Source of the DNA: Sulfurimonas sp.
GTDB taxonomy: Bacteria > Campylobacterota > Campylobacteria > Campylobacterales > Sulfurimonadaceae
Direction: 5' to 3'
NCBI GenBank assembly: GCA_002899765.1
Contig: PPDH01000042.1
Coordinates: 28,284 to 92,283, forward strand
DNA length: 64,000 nucleotides
A program made the position numbers and the translations under genes. The notes under the pieces were generated by a model. That model saw only the letters and a program-made list of their open reading frames with translations. It had not been told where the DNA came from and did not search any database. Every line of letters begins with the position of its first letter. Positions within the stretch are counted from its first letter, which is position 1. This document shows positions 1 through 9,401 of this stretch, one piece after another.

Positions 1-1583
1 GTAAAATTGTAGGACCGGATGCAAATCTTCAAACTTTAGCACGCGGTGTAAACACAGTAATGCTTGATACCGGCTCTAAAGAGTTAATTGATTTACATGC
101 AAAGATGTTTAAAAAACACGGTACGACGACTATTAGAAATTTTGATGCACTCAATGATGTGGAAAACCTAAAATATTCAGGTGAGAGAATCGTGCATCAT
201 GGACTAAAACATGAAATTGTTGTGACCATGATGGACTTACCTCCGGGTTGTTACGGTGCTCACACTGTTGAATTTTACGAAAAAACATTGCGTGAGATAT
301 TGGACAGCGGTATTCCTTACAACAGTATCTGTTTTAAAGATGCATCGGGGACATCAAATCCGCAAAAAGTGTTTGAAACTATTCAGATGGCTAGACGTTT
401 AATCCCTGAGGGAACACATTTAAGACTTCATACACATGAGACGGCAGGCGTTTCTGTTGCGGCATACATGGCTGCACTCGAAGCCGGTGTAGACTGAATA
501 GATATGGCAGCAGCACCTGTAAGCGGTGGAACAAGCCAGCCTGATATTTTAACTATGCTTCACGCGACTAAAGGGATGGATTATGATCTTGGTGGTTTAG
601 AGATAAATAAAATTTTAACTTATGAAAAAGAGCTTCAAAACTGTATATCAGATTACTTTATGCCGCCTGAAGCGACAATGGTATCTCCGATAATCCCGTT
701 TTCTCCGATGCCTGGAGGCGCACTTACGGCAAATACTCAAATGATGCGCGATAACGGTATTTTGGATAGATTTCCGGAGGTTATTGCAGCTATGACCGAG
801 GTTGTAGAAAAGGGCGGTTACGGTACATCTGTTACTCCTGTCTCTCAATTCTATTTTCAACAAGCACTCAATAATGTTATGCAAGGTCCTTGGAACGCCA
901 TTGCTCCCGGTTATGGGAAGATGGTTCTTGGGTATTTTGGCAAAACTCCTGTTGCACCGGATCCTGAAGTTGTAAGAATTGCTTCTGAAAAGCTAGGTTT
1001 AGAACCTACTACAGAAAAAGCTCTTGATTTGGCAAATGCCGATGAGAGTAAATCTTTAAGTAACTGGATTAATAAGCTCAAAGAAGAAAATATTGAAATA
1101 ACCGAAGAGAATATTTTCATAGCAGCGGCTTGTCATGAGAAAGGTATCGCTTTTCTCAAAGGAGAGGGCGAGTTAAATGTTCGTAAAATATCAGATATGA
1201 AAAAAGAAGAAGGAAGTTCAAAGATGGGTAATGGAAGCTATACTGTAGTTGTAGACGGTCAAAAATTTAGTGTTCAAGTTGCAGAGGGTAATGTTGATAT
1301 TCAGGTTACAGAGGTAAATGGAGAGAGTACGGAACCTTCGACTCCTAAAGTAGTTACAACATCAGGCACTCAGTTAGATATAAAAGCTCTTTTACCAGGC
1401 AGTGTTTGGAAAATAGTTGCTAATCCGGGTCAGAGCGTAAATGAGGGCGATGTTATTATGATTTTAGAGTCTATGAAGATGGAAATAGACATTGTAGCGC
1501 CAAAAGGCGGTGTTATAAAATCAATAAATGTTGCTACTAACGATAAAGTAGTCGAAGGTCAAGTCGTAGCAGTGCTAGGATAA
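1..1583 (+). pseudogene. oadA: Oxaloacetate decarboxylase alpha subunit / pyruvate carboxylase subunit B (carboxyltransferase barrel plus C-terminal biotinyl domain). The 5' end lies outside the window, and the frame is interrupted by one in-frame TGA at 495-497.
   Basis: The frame is open from nt 3. ORFs 60-497 and 504-1583 share one frame (both starts are multiples of 3). The peptide is contiguous across the stop: ...HTHETAGVSVAAYMAALEAGVD*IDMAAAPVSGGTSQPD. A biotinylation motif ESMKME lies near the C-terminus. oadB follows 6 nt later. Confidence 0.8.
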
Positions 1584-1588
1584 TCTAG

Positions 1589-2923
1589 ATGAAAAAAAAT
1601 GTTATAAAAATTCTTACGCTGCTCATGCTATTTGGTTTTAGCTCGCTCTATGCCTCAGGTTCTGCTGCAGATACTTCTTCACATGAAGTAAGTACTAAAA
1701 AAGTTGAAACATATCAGACACAGTCATTTGGTGAAATGATTGAGGGTTTTATAAATTCTACGGGTATTAAAGCTTTTGTGAGCCCAAATCCAGATGAGTT
1801 AAGTTCTCATGGCGAAAAAATGAGTGATTTTCATAAATCTTGGGGCAGAATAATCATGATACTTATTGCATTTCTGCTCTTTTATCTCGCTATTGCAAAA
1901 GGTTTTGAGCCTCTGCTTCTTTTGCCGATAGGATTTGGCGGGCTTTTGGCAAATATTCCTGTTGCAGGAATCGCAGGACCAGACGGATTTTTAGGTATTA
2001 TGTATGAGATGGGCTTGGCAAACCAGTTTTTCCCTATTCTTATATTTATGGGAGTAGGTGCTATGACTGATTTTGGTCCGCTTCTGTCAAATCCAAAAAC
2101 TGCACTTCTTGGCGGTGCCGCACAGTTTGGGATATTTGGAACACTCGTAGGAGCAGTTGCTCTTGCACAGTATACTCCTCTTTTTGATTTTACGTTGCAA
2201 CAAGCTTCTGCAATCTCGATTATAGGTGGAGCTGACGGTCCAACCTCTATCTTTATTGCAACAAAACTTGCCCCTGAACTGCTAGGTGCGATTGCCGTCG
2301 CTTCTTACTCATATATGGCTATGGTTCCTATAATTCAGCCTCCTATCATGAAGGCACTTACGACTGATGCCGAGAGAAGAATTAAAATGAGTACAATGCG
2401 CCATGTCTCTCGTTTGGAAAAATTAGTTTTCCCTATCATGGTTTTAGTGCTTGCCATCTTGGTTCTTCCTGATGCTACGCCTCTTATCGGTGCGTTTATG
2501 TTTGGTAACTTTCTTAAAGAGAGTGGTGTTGTCGATAGACTCTCAGATACAATGCAAAATGCGCTTATCAATATAGTTACTATCTTTTTAGGATTAGCCG
2601 TTGGTTCAAAATTGGCAGCAGATCAGTTCTTAGTTGCGGATACTTTGGCAATTTTAGCGCTCGGTGTTGTGGCATTCTCGGCAGGAACAGCGGCAGGTGT
2701 TATTATGGCTAAGATTATGAACCTCTTTCCAGGAAATAAGATAAATCCGCTTATCGGTTCTGCAGGTGTTTCTGCCGTTCCAATGGCGGCTCGTGTATCT
2801 AATAAAGTCGGTATGGAGTATGACCGCTCAAATATGCTTTTAATGCATGCAATGGGTCCAAATGTTGCGGGTGTTATCGGTTCGGCCGTTGCTGCGGGTA
2901 TTCTTATATCACTTTTTAGTTAA
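1589..2923 (+). CDS. oadB: Oxaloacetate decarboxylase beta subunit (Na+-translocating decarboxylase membrane subunit), with an extra N-terminal signal/TM-like segment of about 40 aa
   Basis: 444 aa polytopic membrane protein with OadB-type segments ([39 protein letters not shown]). It lies immediately downstream of oadA. Confidence 0.85.
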   Translation: MKKNVIKILTLLMLFGFSSLYASGSAADTSSHEVSTKKVETYQTQSFGEMIEGFINSTGIKAFVSPNPDELSSHGEKMSDFHKSWGRIIMILIAFLLFYLAIAKGFEPLLLLPIGFGGLLANIPVAGIAGPDGFLGIMYEMGLANQFFPILIFMGVGAMTDFGPLLSNPKTALLGGAAQFGIFGTLVGAVALAQYTPLFDFTLQQASAISIIGGADGPTSIFIATKLAPELLGAIAVASYSYMAMVPIIQPPIMKALTTDAERRIKMSTMRHVSRLEKLVFPIMVLVLAILVLPDATPLIGAFMFGNFLKESGVVDRLSDTMQNALINIVTIFLGLAVGSKLAADQFLVADTLAILALGVVAFSAGTAAGVIMAKIMNLFPGNKINPLIGSAGVSAVPMAARVSNKVGMEYDRSNMLLMHAMGPNVAGVIGSAVAAGILISLFS

Positions 2924-2942
2924 GCCATTTTTATTAAAAATT

Positions 2943-2973
2943 AGAGCTTCCTGCTATTTTACTTGGAAGCTCT
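2943..2973. terminator. Hairpin between convergent oadB and the response-regulator gene; candidate bidirectional terminator
   Basis: Perfect 9-bp inverted repeat AGAGCTTCC (2943-2951) / GGAAGCTCT (2965-2973) in the 79-bp convergent intergenic gap. The loop is rather long and the T-tract is weak. Confidence 0.45.
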
Positions 2974-3002
2974 GATGAGCATTATTCTTTTAATAAATTT
3001 TT

Positions 3003-4517
3003 TTATATGGAATAATTATTTTGAGTTTGTGAGTTTATGTCTATTGATTTAAACTCACGTATAAGTTCTATTTGACGATTAGACAAGTATGCTTTTATAT
3101 CATGGATATTTTTTTGGCTAAGTTCATAAAGAACTACTATATTATAATCACGCTTATTTTCCTCTATCCTATAAATGCTTCCTAATGTACTTATTGTTAT
3201 TAACCTGCCTTTTAATTTTAGGCTTATGACCACTTTGATTCTTGTGCCTACCTCTATTCCGGCGGGGAGAGCATCTGTTTTTAACTTTGCAGAAACCTCT
3301 GATATATCCAAGACACTTGATTCACCGGGAAATTTTATATTTTTAAAGTATAACGTGCATCCATGATTAGCATCAGGTTCTAAGCGGATGTATTTTCTAT
3401 CGGCTGCGCTTCTTGATGCAAAAGTTACATCATCAATGACAATAGTTTGATTGTCAGAATCGATACTTTTTACCGATTTACAAATAACATCTTTTGGGAA
3501 TATTTCTGAGGTTATTGTCATATATCTAGTTATTTGTACAATTTTTAGTTGGGTATTGACTGTTTTTAGTGTGAAACTTTCTTTATTTATCTCTGTTATA
3601 ACTGCAGAGTTAACAATTGTCAATCCTTTATAAAAGTTGTGTATTTTAACTTCTGAAGAGTTGTCTTTAACAACTTGTAGAAGAGTTAAAATAGTCATCT
3701 TATCTTTTGAGTTTTCATCATTTTTTGCTGCATTTGAGTCAAAAAGAGACATTAGGTTTAGCTCTGTAACATCATCAAAAGAGAGAATGTAATAATCCTC
3801 TTTCTCAGGAATACTTCTTAGTTTTAGTATAAGGTGGCGTTTTTCGCCTTTATGGTTTTGTATTTTAGTATGATATAGCTTTCCGAGGTTTTTTACAGCG
3901 GTATTTATCCATTTTGATGAAGGAGTGCTGTATAAAAATTCTTTGTGTTCAAGTAGAAGTTTGTCGGCATCACCATATTTTTCATAGAACTCTTCTATAT
4001 TTTCAATACCAAAAAATTCATCGAAACGTCGGTTTACTAAAACAAATTTGTCTTTGTGCAGCATAATTACAATGTTGTTTTGATAGTTGAAAATATTTTG
4101 CAACTGATTTAAAAAAACACGGCTATTCTCTTCCTTGTGTATAGATATAACTGCATCGTAAAGAGTATTCACAAGTTCCGTTGCTTTTGCAGGTTTATGC
4201 AGGTAAGAAAACACACCCAATTTAATAGCTGTGTACAAATGCTTTTTTTCATCATAAGCCGAGAGGATTATAATTTTGCAATCAGGCTCTATCTCTTTAA
4301 TCTTTTTGATCATTTCAAAACCGTTCATGCCAGGCATATTTAAATCTGTTATAACGATATTGGGTCTAGAATGAATGCACTCAACATAACCTTCTTGACC
4401 ATTATTTGCTATAAAAATAGTTTTAAATATTCTGCTTAAAAGAGAGCGTATATTTTTTGAGAGACCTAAATTGTCTTCAACATACAAAATTGAAATTTTC
4501 TCAGAGAGGTTTTGCAT
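3003..4517 (-). CDS. Hybrid response regulator: N-terminal CheY-like receiver, central sensory/PilZN-like region, C-terminal PilZ-like domain
   Basis: Receiver motifs are present (ILYVEDN, ITDLNMPGMNG, phospho-acceptor Asp context, LHKP). The C-terminus carries RKYIR (RxxxR) followed by DISEVS (a near-canonical D-x-S-x-x-G PilZ motif). Confidence 0.7.
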   Translation of the reverse strand: MQNLSEKISILYVEDNLGLSKNIRSLLSRIFKTIFIANNGQEGYVECIHSRPNIVITDLNMPGMNGFEMIKKIKEIEPDCKIIILSAYDEKKHLYTAIKLGVFSYLHKPAKATELVNTLYDAVISIHKEENSRVFLNQLQNIFNYQNNIVIMLHKDKFVLVNRRFDEFFGIENIEEFYEKYGDADKLLLEHKEFLYSTPSSKWINTAVKNLGKLYHTKIQNHKGEKRHLILKLRSIPEKEDYYILSFDDVTELNLMSLFDSNAAKNDENSKDKMTILTLLQVVKDNSSEVKIHNFYKGLTIVNSAVITEINKESFTLKTVNTQLKIVQITRYMTITSEIFPKDVICKSVKSIDSDNQTIVIDDVTFASRSAADRKYIRLEPDANHGCTLYFKNIKFPGESSVLDISEVSAKLKTDALPAGIEVGTRIKVVISLKLKGRLITISTLGSIYRIEENKRDYNIVVLYELSQKNIHDIKAYLSNRQIELIREFKSIDINSQTQNNYSI

Positions 4518-4607
4518 CTCTTGTATTTTTTAATTCATTAAGTTTTAATCTTTTGTGATAAGGTAATTTATTCTATTTTAAAAAACCTTTAGCACTTATT
4601 AATGGTT

Positions 4608-5564
4608 TTAAGATTTGCCGTTTTTCATATTCATTATTTCTATAATGAGAGGAATTATGTTTTGACTTTTTGTTTTATCTATAAATCCGTCTGCGCCTAA
4701 GACTTCGGCTTCTCTTTTATTATTTGAACCGGTCATTGAGCTATTTACGATAATAGGTATATTTTTGGTTTTTAAAGAGCCTTTCAACAGTTTTACAACT
4801 GTAAATCCCGACATTTCAGGCATCTCTATATCTGTAATTACGGCAGGTATTTTTGAAGCATTATCACCGAGGGAATTTATATAATCAACAAGAAGTTTTC
4901 CATTTTCAAAGAGCTTCATAGATATGTTTGCATTTTCAAAAATCTGTTTTAGATGTTTTTGTGCCGTTTTAGAATCCTCTGCAATTAAAACTGTTCCATT
5001 TTTTAATTTGCCAGGCAGTTCTATATTTTTTAGATTTGCCGGAGATTCAAGTACATTTACCATGGCTTGCGGTATAACGTCTGCTAAAAGTTTTTCATAA
5101 TCCAAAACAAGACATAAACTGCCGTCTTCAAGCCTTGTATCATTCATTACTACATTGTTTTCTCCCATTCTGTAACTCTCAGGTGCATGCATTTCGTTCC
5201 AGTTTTTCTTTAAAACTCTATAAGCGGACATGATTCTTAATCCGATTACTATTCCGTTAAAGTCACAAACAAGGATATTTGATCTGGTTTTTTCTTCTTT
5301 TGTGAGTGATACTCCTAGCCATAAAGGAAGGTTTAGTATCGGTATTTGCATTCCACGAAGAACAATGGTACCCTCAAGCATCTTGTGAGACGAGGGTATT
5401 TGAGTGATAAAATGATTTTTTGATTCCACGACTTCTCGTGTTTTGAAAACATTTATGGCGTAATATGCAGAGTCGGCTTTGTCACTAACTCTAAATACTA
5501 AAAGTTGCAGTTCATTATTTTTTGCTAAATTTGTAGCAGCATCTACATTCTCTAAAACGGACAT
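4608..5564 (-). CDS. cheV: Chemotaxis coupling protein CheV (CheW-like domain plus C-terminal receiver)
   Basis: 318 aa. The N-terminal part is CheW-like (ELQLLVFRV...YAINVFKTREV). The C-terminal part is a REC domain (VLIAEDSKT...ITDIEMPEMSGF). Confidence 0.85.
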   Translation of the reverse strand: MSVLENVDAATNLAKNNELQLLVFRVSDKADSAYYAINVFKTREVVESKNHFITQIPSSHKMLEGTIVLRGMQIPILNLPLWLGVSLTKEEKTRSNILVCDFNGIVIGLRIMSAYRVLKKNWNEMHAPESYRMGENNVVMNDTRLEDGSLCLVLDYEKLLADVIPQAMVNVLESPANLKNIELPGKLKNGTVLIAEDSKTAQKHLKQIFENANISMKLFENGKLLVDYINSLGDNASKIPAVITDIEMPEMSGFTVVKLLKGSLKTKNIPIIVNSSMTGSNNKREAEVLGADGFIDKTKSQNIIPLIIEIMNMKNGKS

Positions 5565-5696
5565 CTACAGCCTTTAAATTATACTTGTACTTATCAGAAG
5601 ATTATACCAAAATTATGATGAAATATGCTTGAATGTTAATAATGAAATGGTAAAATGCACCTAATTATTTTAGGGTAACCTTATAAAGGCTGTTTA

Positions 5697-6494
5697 ATGC
5701 GAATTTTTATTGTTGTTGTTTTACTTTTTAGTTTTTGTCATGCAAAAGTATATTATGCAAATGTTGAACCTTATGAGATGAGTGATATATCCTCAAATGT
5801 TTCAGGTTTAGTAGTCAGTGCAGATGAAGCTTTGATAGGAAGAGTTCTCTCTTCTAGACCATATATAGAGATTGATTCTGAGGTTGATGTAAAAGAGCTT
5901 AGACTTACTAGAGAAAAACTGATGTATATAAAAAATTCTTTAGAGATAAATGAAGCTGTTTTGGTTAACTTAGAAGATTCGCTTGTAAAAAAAAGAGAGA
6001 ACTACAGAAAAATAGAGCCTCTTAAATTTAAATCTTCCGTTGAGAAAGATAGAGAGTTTTATGATTTGATTACAAGTGAAAATCTTTATCTCAACACAAG
6101 AAAAGAGATTCAAAATTTAAAAGTTCAGATATCTGACTTGCAACTAAGAGAAGTTCAGCTTGAGAAAAGCATCAAAGATAAAAAATTGGTTGCAGAGGGT
6201 TTTGTTCTTTATGAGATGCTTGTAAAACCGGGACAAGTTGTAGGTATGGCTGCTCCATTGGCGAAGGTTGCCGATGTATCCAAAGCTCTGCTTAGCGTAT
6301 ATCTTGATGAGTCTGACGTTTTAAATGCAAAAGAAAAAATTGTTTATATTGATGAAAAAAAAACTTCTTATAGAGTATCAAGGCTTTTAAATATTGCCGA
6401 TAGTAAAAATATATCTAAGTACATGGCTCAGATAGTTATAGATTCGCCAGAACTCTTCTCTAAGCTTGTTAAGGTGGAACTAAAAAATGAGTAG
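5697..6494 (+). CDS. HlyD-like / barrel-sandwich periplasmic adaptor protein with signal peptide
   Basis: 265 aa with an N-terminal signal sequence, a lipoyl-like hairpin (SNVSGLVVS...), a central coiled coil and a C-terminal beta region. It overlaps the next gene by 8 nt. Confidence 0.55.
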   Translation: MRIFIVVVLLFSFCHAKVYYANVEPYEMSDISSNVSGLVVSADEALIGRVLSSRPYIEIDSEVDVKELRLTREKLMYIKNSLEINEAVLVNLEDSLVKKRENYRKIEPLKFKSSVEKDREFYDLITSENLYLNTRKEIQNLKVQISDLQLREVQLEKSIKDKKLVAEGFVLYEMLVKPGQVVGMAAPLAKVADVSKALLSVYLDESDVLNAKEKIVYIDEKKTSYRVSRLLNIADSKNISKYMAQIVIDSPELFSKLVKVELKNE

Positions 6495-8220
6495 TGTCAC
6501 GGCATGTCCGCTGGACTGCTATGATGCCTGTGAAATTTTATTTAGCGATGGAAGATTAAAAGGTTTAAAGAGCGGTCATACGCAAGGATTTTTGTGTCCT
6601 CACATGAACCATTATGAAAAACATGCAACTCTGAAGACGCCGCGATACAAAGGCAAAGAGATAAGCCTTGAAGAAGCACTTTTAAAACTTAAAGAGATGA
6701 TATTCTCGCATGAGAAGAGTGAAATACTGCACTATAGAGGAAGTGGTAATTTTGCTTTGATGCAAGAAGTTACAGATCATTTTTTTGCTTCATACGGAGC
6801 GGTTTTAACAGAGGGAACTCTTTGTGACGGAGCAGGTGAAGCGGGGATAATCGAGGGCAGAGGCAGCAATAAAAATATGTCGCTGCATGAGGTGGCAAAG
6901 TCCGAGGTTGTGATATTTTGGGGAAGAAATCCTCATACGACTTCTAGTCATCTTCTGCCTTTTATAAAAGATAAGAAAATTATTGTAATTGACCCGATTA
7001 AAACAAGAATTGCTAAGAGTGCAGATTTGCATCTTCAGTTAAAACCCAACACCGACCTGCTTTTAGCAATGCTGCTTAGTCGTTTTCTGCATATTGAAAA
7101 TGGCTGCGATGAAGAGTTTTTAGACGCACATGCAAGTGATTATGAAGAGTATTATGAGTTAACGCAAAACATCAGGATAAAAGCTGTTTTGGAGCAAATC
7201 GGTGTTTCTTTGGGACAGTTAGGAGAAATCTTAGCTATGGTAAAAGATAAGAGAGTTGCCATAGTCTGCGGTGTGGGTATACAGAAGTATAGCAACGGAG
7301 TTGATGTCATGAGAGCAATTGACGCATTTGCTGCTATGCTTGGGCTTTTTGGCAAAGAGGGATGCGGTGTGAGCTATCTAGGCTCTTCAAGAGAAGGAGT
7401 AGTTTCGCCTTTTAATAAGAAAGCTAAAAAAGTCTCTAAAGTAGATACGGAGTTTGCAGACTTTAAAACGGTTTTTATTCAGGGTGCAAATCCGCTCTCG
7501 CAGATGCCAAATTCGCTTAGAGTAAGAGAATCTATAAGCAAGGCGCGCAATGTTGTCTATTTTGGGCTTTATGAGAATGAGACAAGCGCGGCAGCAGATC
7601 TGGTTATACCTGCTAAGAGTTTTTTATATAAGAATGACGTTAGAACTTCATACTCTCATAACGTGATGTCATTTATGCCAAAAGTTGCGCACAGCGATAT
7701 AGGAATAAGCGAGTACGATTTGGCTGCTTATCTATGCAAAGAGTTTGATATTGAGCTTGAGAGTGAGGATTTTTATATAAAACATTTTAAAAATTTTGCC
7801 GTGCAAAAGATTGACGGTTCTTGGTATGTGGAAAATAGAGAAGAGATACCATACAAAGACGGTTTTGATACAAAGAACAAAGAGTTCGTTTTTTTAGATG
7901 AGCTTGACTATAAAGTGGATGAAGATAAGGGCTTGCATCTTATTACCTGCAAAAGTCCAACAAGCTTAAACTCACAATTCAATCGGGAAGAGAGTGTGCA
8001 TCTGCATAGTTCTTTAGGCTATAAAGAGGGAGAGATGCTAACTATATCTTCGGCAGATGGAAGCGTGGAGTTGAGAGTGAAGCATAATGATGATTTACGT
8101 GAGGATTGTATTTTGATTTACAGTGGAACAAGAGGCGTTAATAATTTGACAACATCAAAACATGCACTCTATGCAAAGAGTGCTATATTTCAAGAAAACA
8201 GAGTGGAGATAAAGAGATGA
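6487..8220 (+). CDS. Cytoplasmic molybdopterin-family oxidoreductase (no Tat signal), N-terminal Cys-cluster motif
   Basis: 577 aa. The N-terminus reads CPLDCYDACE...C (a 4Fe-4S-type motif of the molybdopterin oxidoreductase family). Typical VIFWGRNP and IQGANP segments are present. Confidence 0.7.
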   Translation: MSSVTACPLDCYDACEILFSDGRLKGLKSGHTQGFLCPHMNHYEKHATLKTPRYKGKEISLEEALLKLKEMIFSHEKSEILHYRGSGNFALMQEVTDHFFASYGAVLTEGTLCDGAGEAGIIEGRGSNKNMSLHEVAKSEVVIFWGRNPHTTSSHLLPFIKDKKIIVIDPIKTRIAKSADLHLQLKPNTDLLLAMLLSRFLHIENGCDEEFLDAHASDYEEYYELTQNIRIKAVLEQIGVSLGQLGEILAMVKDKRVAIVCGVGIQKYSNGVDVMRAIDAFAAMLGLFGKEGCGVSYLGSSREGVVSPFNKKAKKVSKVDTEFADFKTVFIQGANPLSQMPNSLRVRESISKARNVVYFGLYENETSAAADLVIPAKSFLYKNDVRTSYSHNVMSFMPKVAHSDIGISEYDLAAYLCKEFDIELESEDFYIKHFKNFAVQKIDGSWYVENREEIPYKDGFDTKNKEFVFLDELDYKVDEDKGLHLITCKSPTSLNSQFNREESVHLHSSLGYKEGEMLTISSADGSVELRVKHNDDLREDCILIYSGTRGVNNLTTSKHALYAKSAIFQENRVEIKR

Positions 8221-9401
8221 GTGATATAGTAGATTTGGATAAAAAGTATGTTTTACCGACATATGCAAGAGCAGATGTTGAGTTTGTAAGCGGTAATAAT
8301 GCTAGATTGGTTGATTCGCATGGCAAAGAGTATATAGATTTTGCTTCAGGTATAGCAGTTGTAAGTGTAGGACATGCAAACAAAAGAGTAAATGACGCGA
8401 TATGTAAACAACTCTCAAATATTACGCACACTTCAAACCTCTACTATATTGCTCCGCAGGCTCGTGCGGCGCAGAAAATAGTTGATGCCAGTGGATATGA
8501 TATGAAGTGTTTTTTTGGAAACAGCGGAGCCGAAGCAAACGAGGGTGCTATAAAGATAGCGAGAAGATTCGGTGAAAAAGACGGTGAGGTAAAGAGATAT
8601 AAAGTTATAACGCTTCAACACTCTTTTCACGGCAGAACGATTACGACGGTAAAAGCAACGGGTCAAGAGAAGATGCACAACTATTTTGGACCTTATCCTG
8701 ACGGGTTTGTCTATGCCGATGATATCAATCATGTAGCATCTCTTGTAGATGAGCATACATGTGCCGTTATGATAGAGCTTGTTCAAGGCGAGGGCGGTGT
8801 TCAGCCTCTTGATAAAGAGGCTGTTCAAAAGTTGGCAAAGTTTTTAAAAGAGAAAAATGTGCTGCTTATGATTGATGAGGTTCAAACGGGAGTTTATAGA
8901 ACAGGAAAATTTTTAGCATCAAACTACTATGACATAGAACCTGATGTCGTTACTCTCGCAAAAGGTCTTGGTGGCGGAGTTCCTATCGGAGTTGTTATGA
9001 CGACTCTAAAAGAAGTCTTTAGTGCGGGAGACCACGGTTCTACATTTGGCGGAAACTTTTTAAGCACTACCGCTGCGTGTGAAGTAATGGATATACTTAA
9101 CGAAATGAACGATAGCGGTAAACTTCAAGAAGGTATAGCGTACTTTGATAGTGAGCTGGAGAAGTTTTATGCTGTTCATAAAGATATATTTACATCTAAG
9201 GTAGGTATTGGGATGATGTGCGGGTTACGCGTAAGAGATGCAGATACTCTTAGTAAAATAATCTCAAATGCAAGGCAAGAGGGTGTAATAGTTTTAAAAG
9301 CTGGACGTGACACACTTAGACTTTTACCGGCACTTACAATAACAAGAGAGGAAATAGATGAAGGCTTCAAAGCTCTTAATCGCGCTGTCGATTCTTTATA
9401 G
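8217..9401 (+). CDS. argD: Acetylornithine aminotransferase (class III PLP aminotransferase)
   Basis: 394 aa with ArgD-like motifs: YVLPTYAR, GIAVVSVGH, FFGNSGAEANEGAIKIAR, DEVQTGVYRTGK, TLAKGLGGG. The ATGA overlap with the upstream gene is at 8217-8220. Confidence 0.85.
   Translation: MSDIVDLDKKYVLPTYARADVEFVSGNNARLVDSHGKEYIDFASGIAVVSVGHANKRVNDAICKQLSNITHTSNLYYIAPQARAAQKIVDASGYDMKCFFGNSGAEANEGAIKIARRFGEKDGEVKRYKVITLQHSFHGRTITTVKATGQEKMHNYFGPYPDGFVYADDINHVASLVDEHTCAVMIELVQGEGGVQPLDKEAVQKLAKFLKEKNVLLMIDEVQTGVYRTGKFLASNYYDIEPDVVTLAKGLGGGVPIGVVMTTLKEVFSAGDHGSTFGGNFLSTTAACEVMDILNEMNDSGKLQEGIAYFDSELEKFYAVHKDIFTSKVGIGMMCGLRVRDADTLSKIISNARQEGVIVLKAGRDTLRLLPALTITREEIDEGFKALNRAVDSL

Noticed and set aside
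495-497. Selenocysteine or alternative genetic code as the explanation for the in-frame TGA codons
   Set aside because: TGA clearly terminates genes here (ATGA overlaps at 8217-8220, 15544-15547 and 18182-18185). TAA and TAG interruptions occur as well. Only the nrdG TGA falls on a Cys position. In oadA, exbB and the DUF4214 protein the aligned residue is not Cys. I keep Sec only as a low-probability option for nrdG.
5567-5693. Perfect 10-bp inverted repeat ACAGCCTTTA / TAAAGGCTGT flanking the cheV / adaptor-gene divergent intergenic region
   Set aside because: Each arm sits immediately upstream of one of the two divergent start codons and contains its AAAGG Shine-Dalgarno. I read it as two similar ribosome-binding regions in opposite orientation, not as a 107-bp stem-loop or mobile-element terminus.
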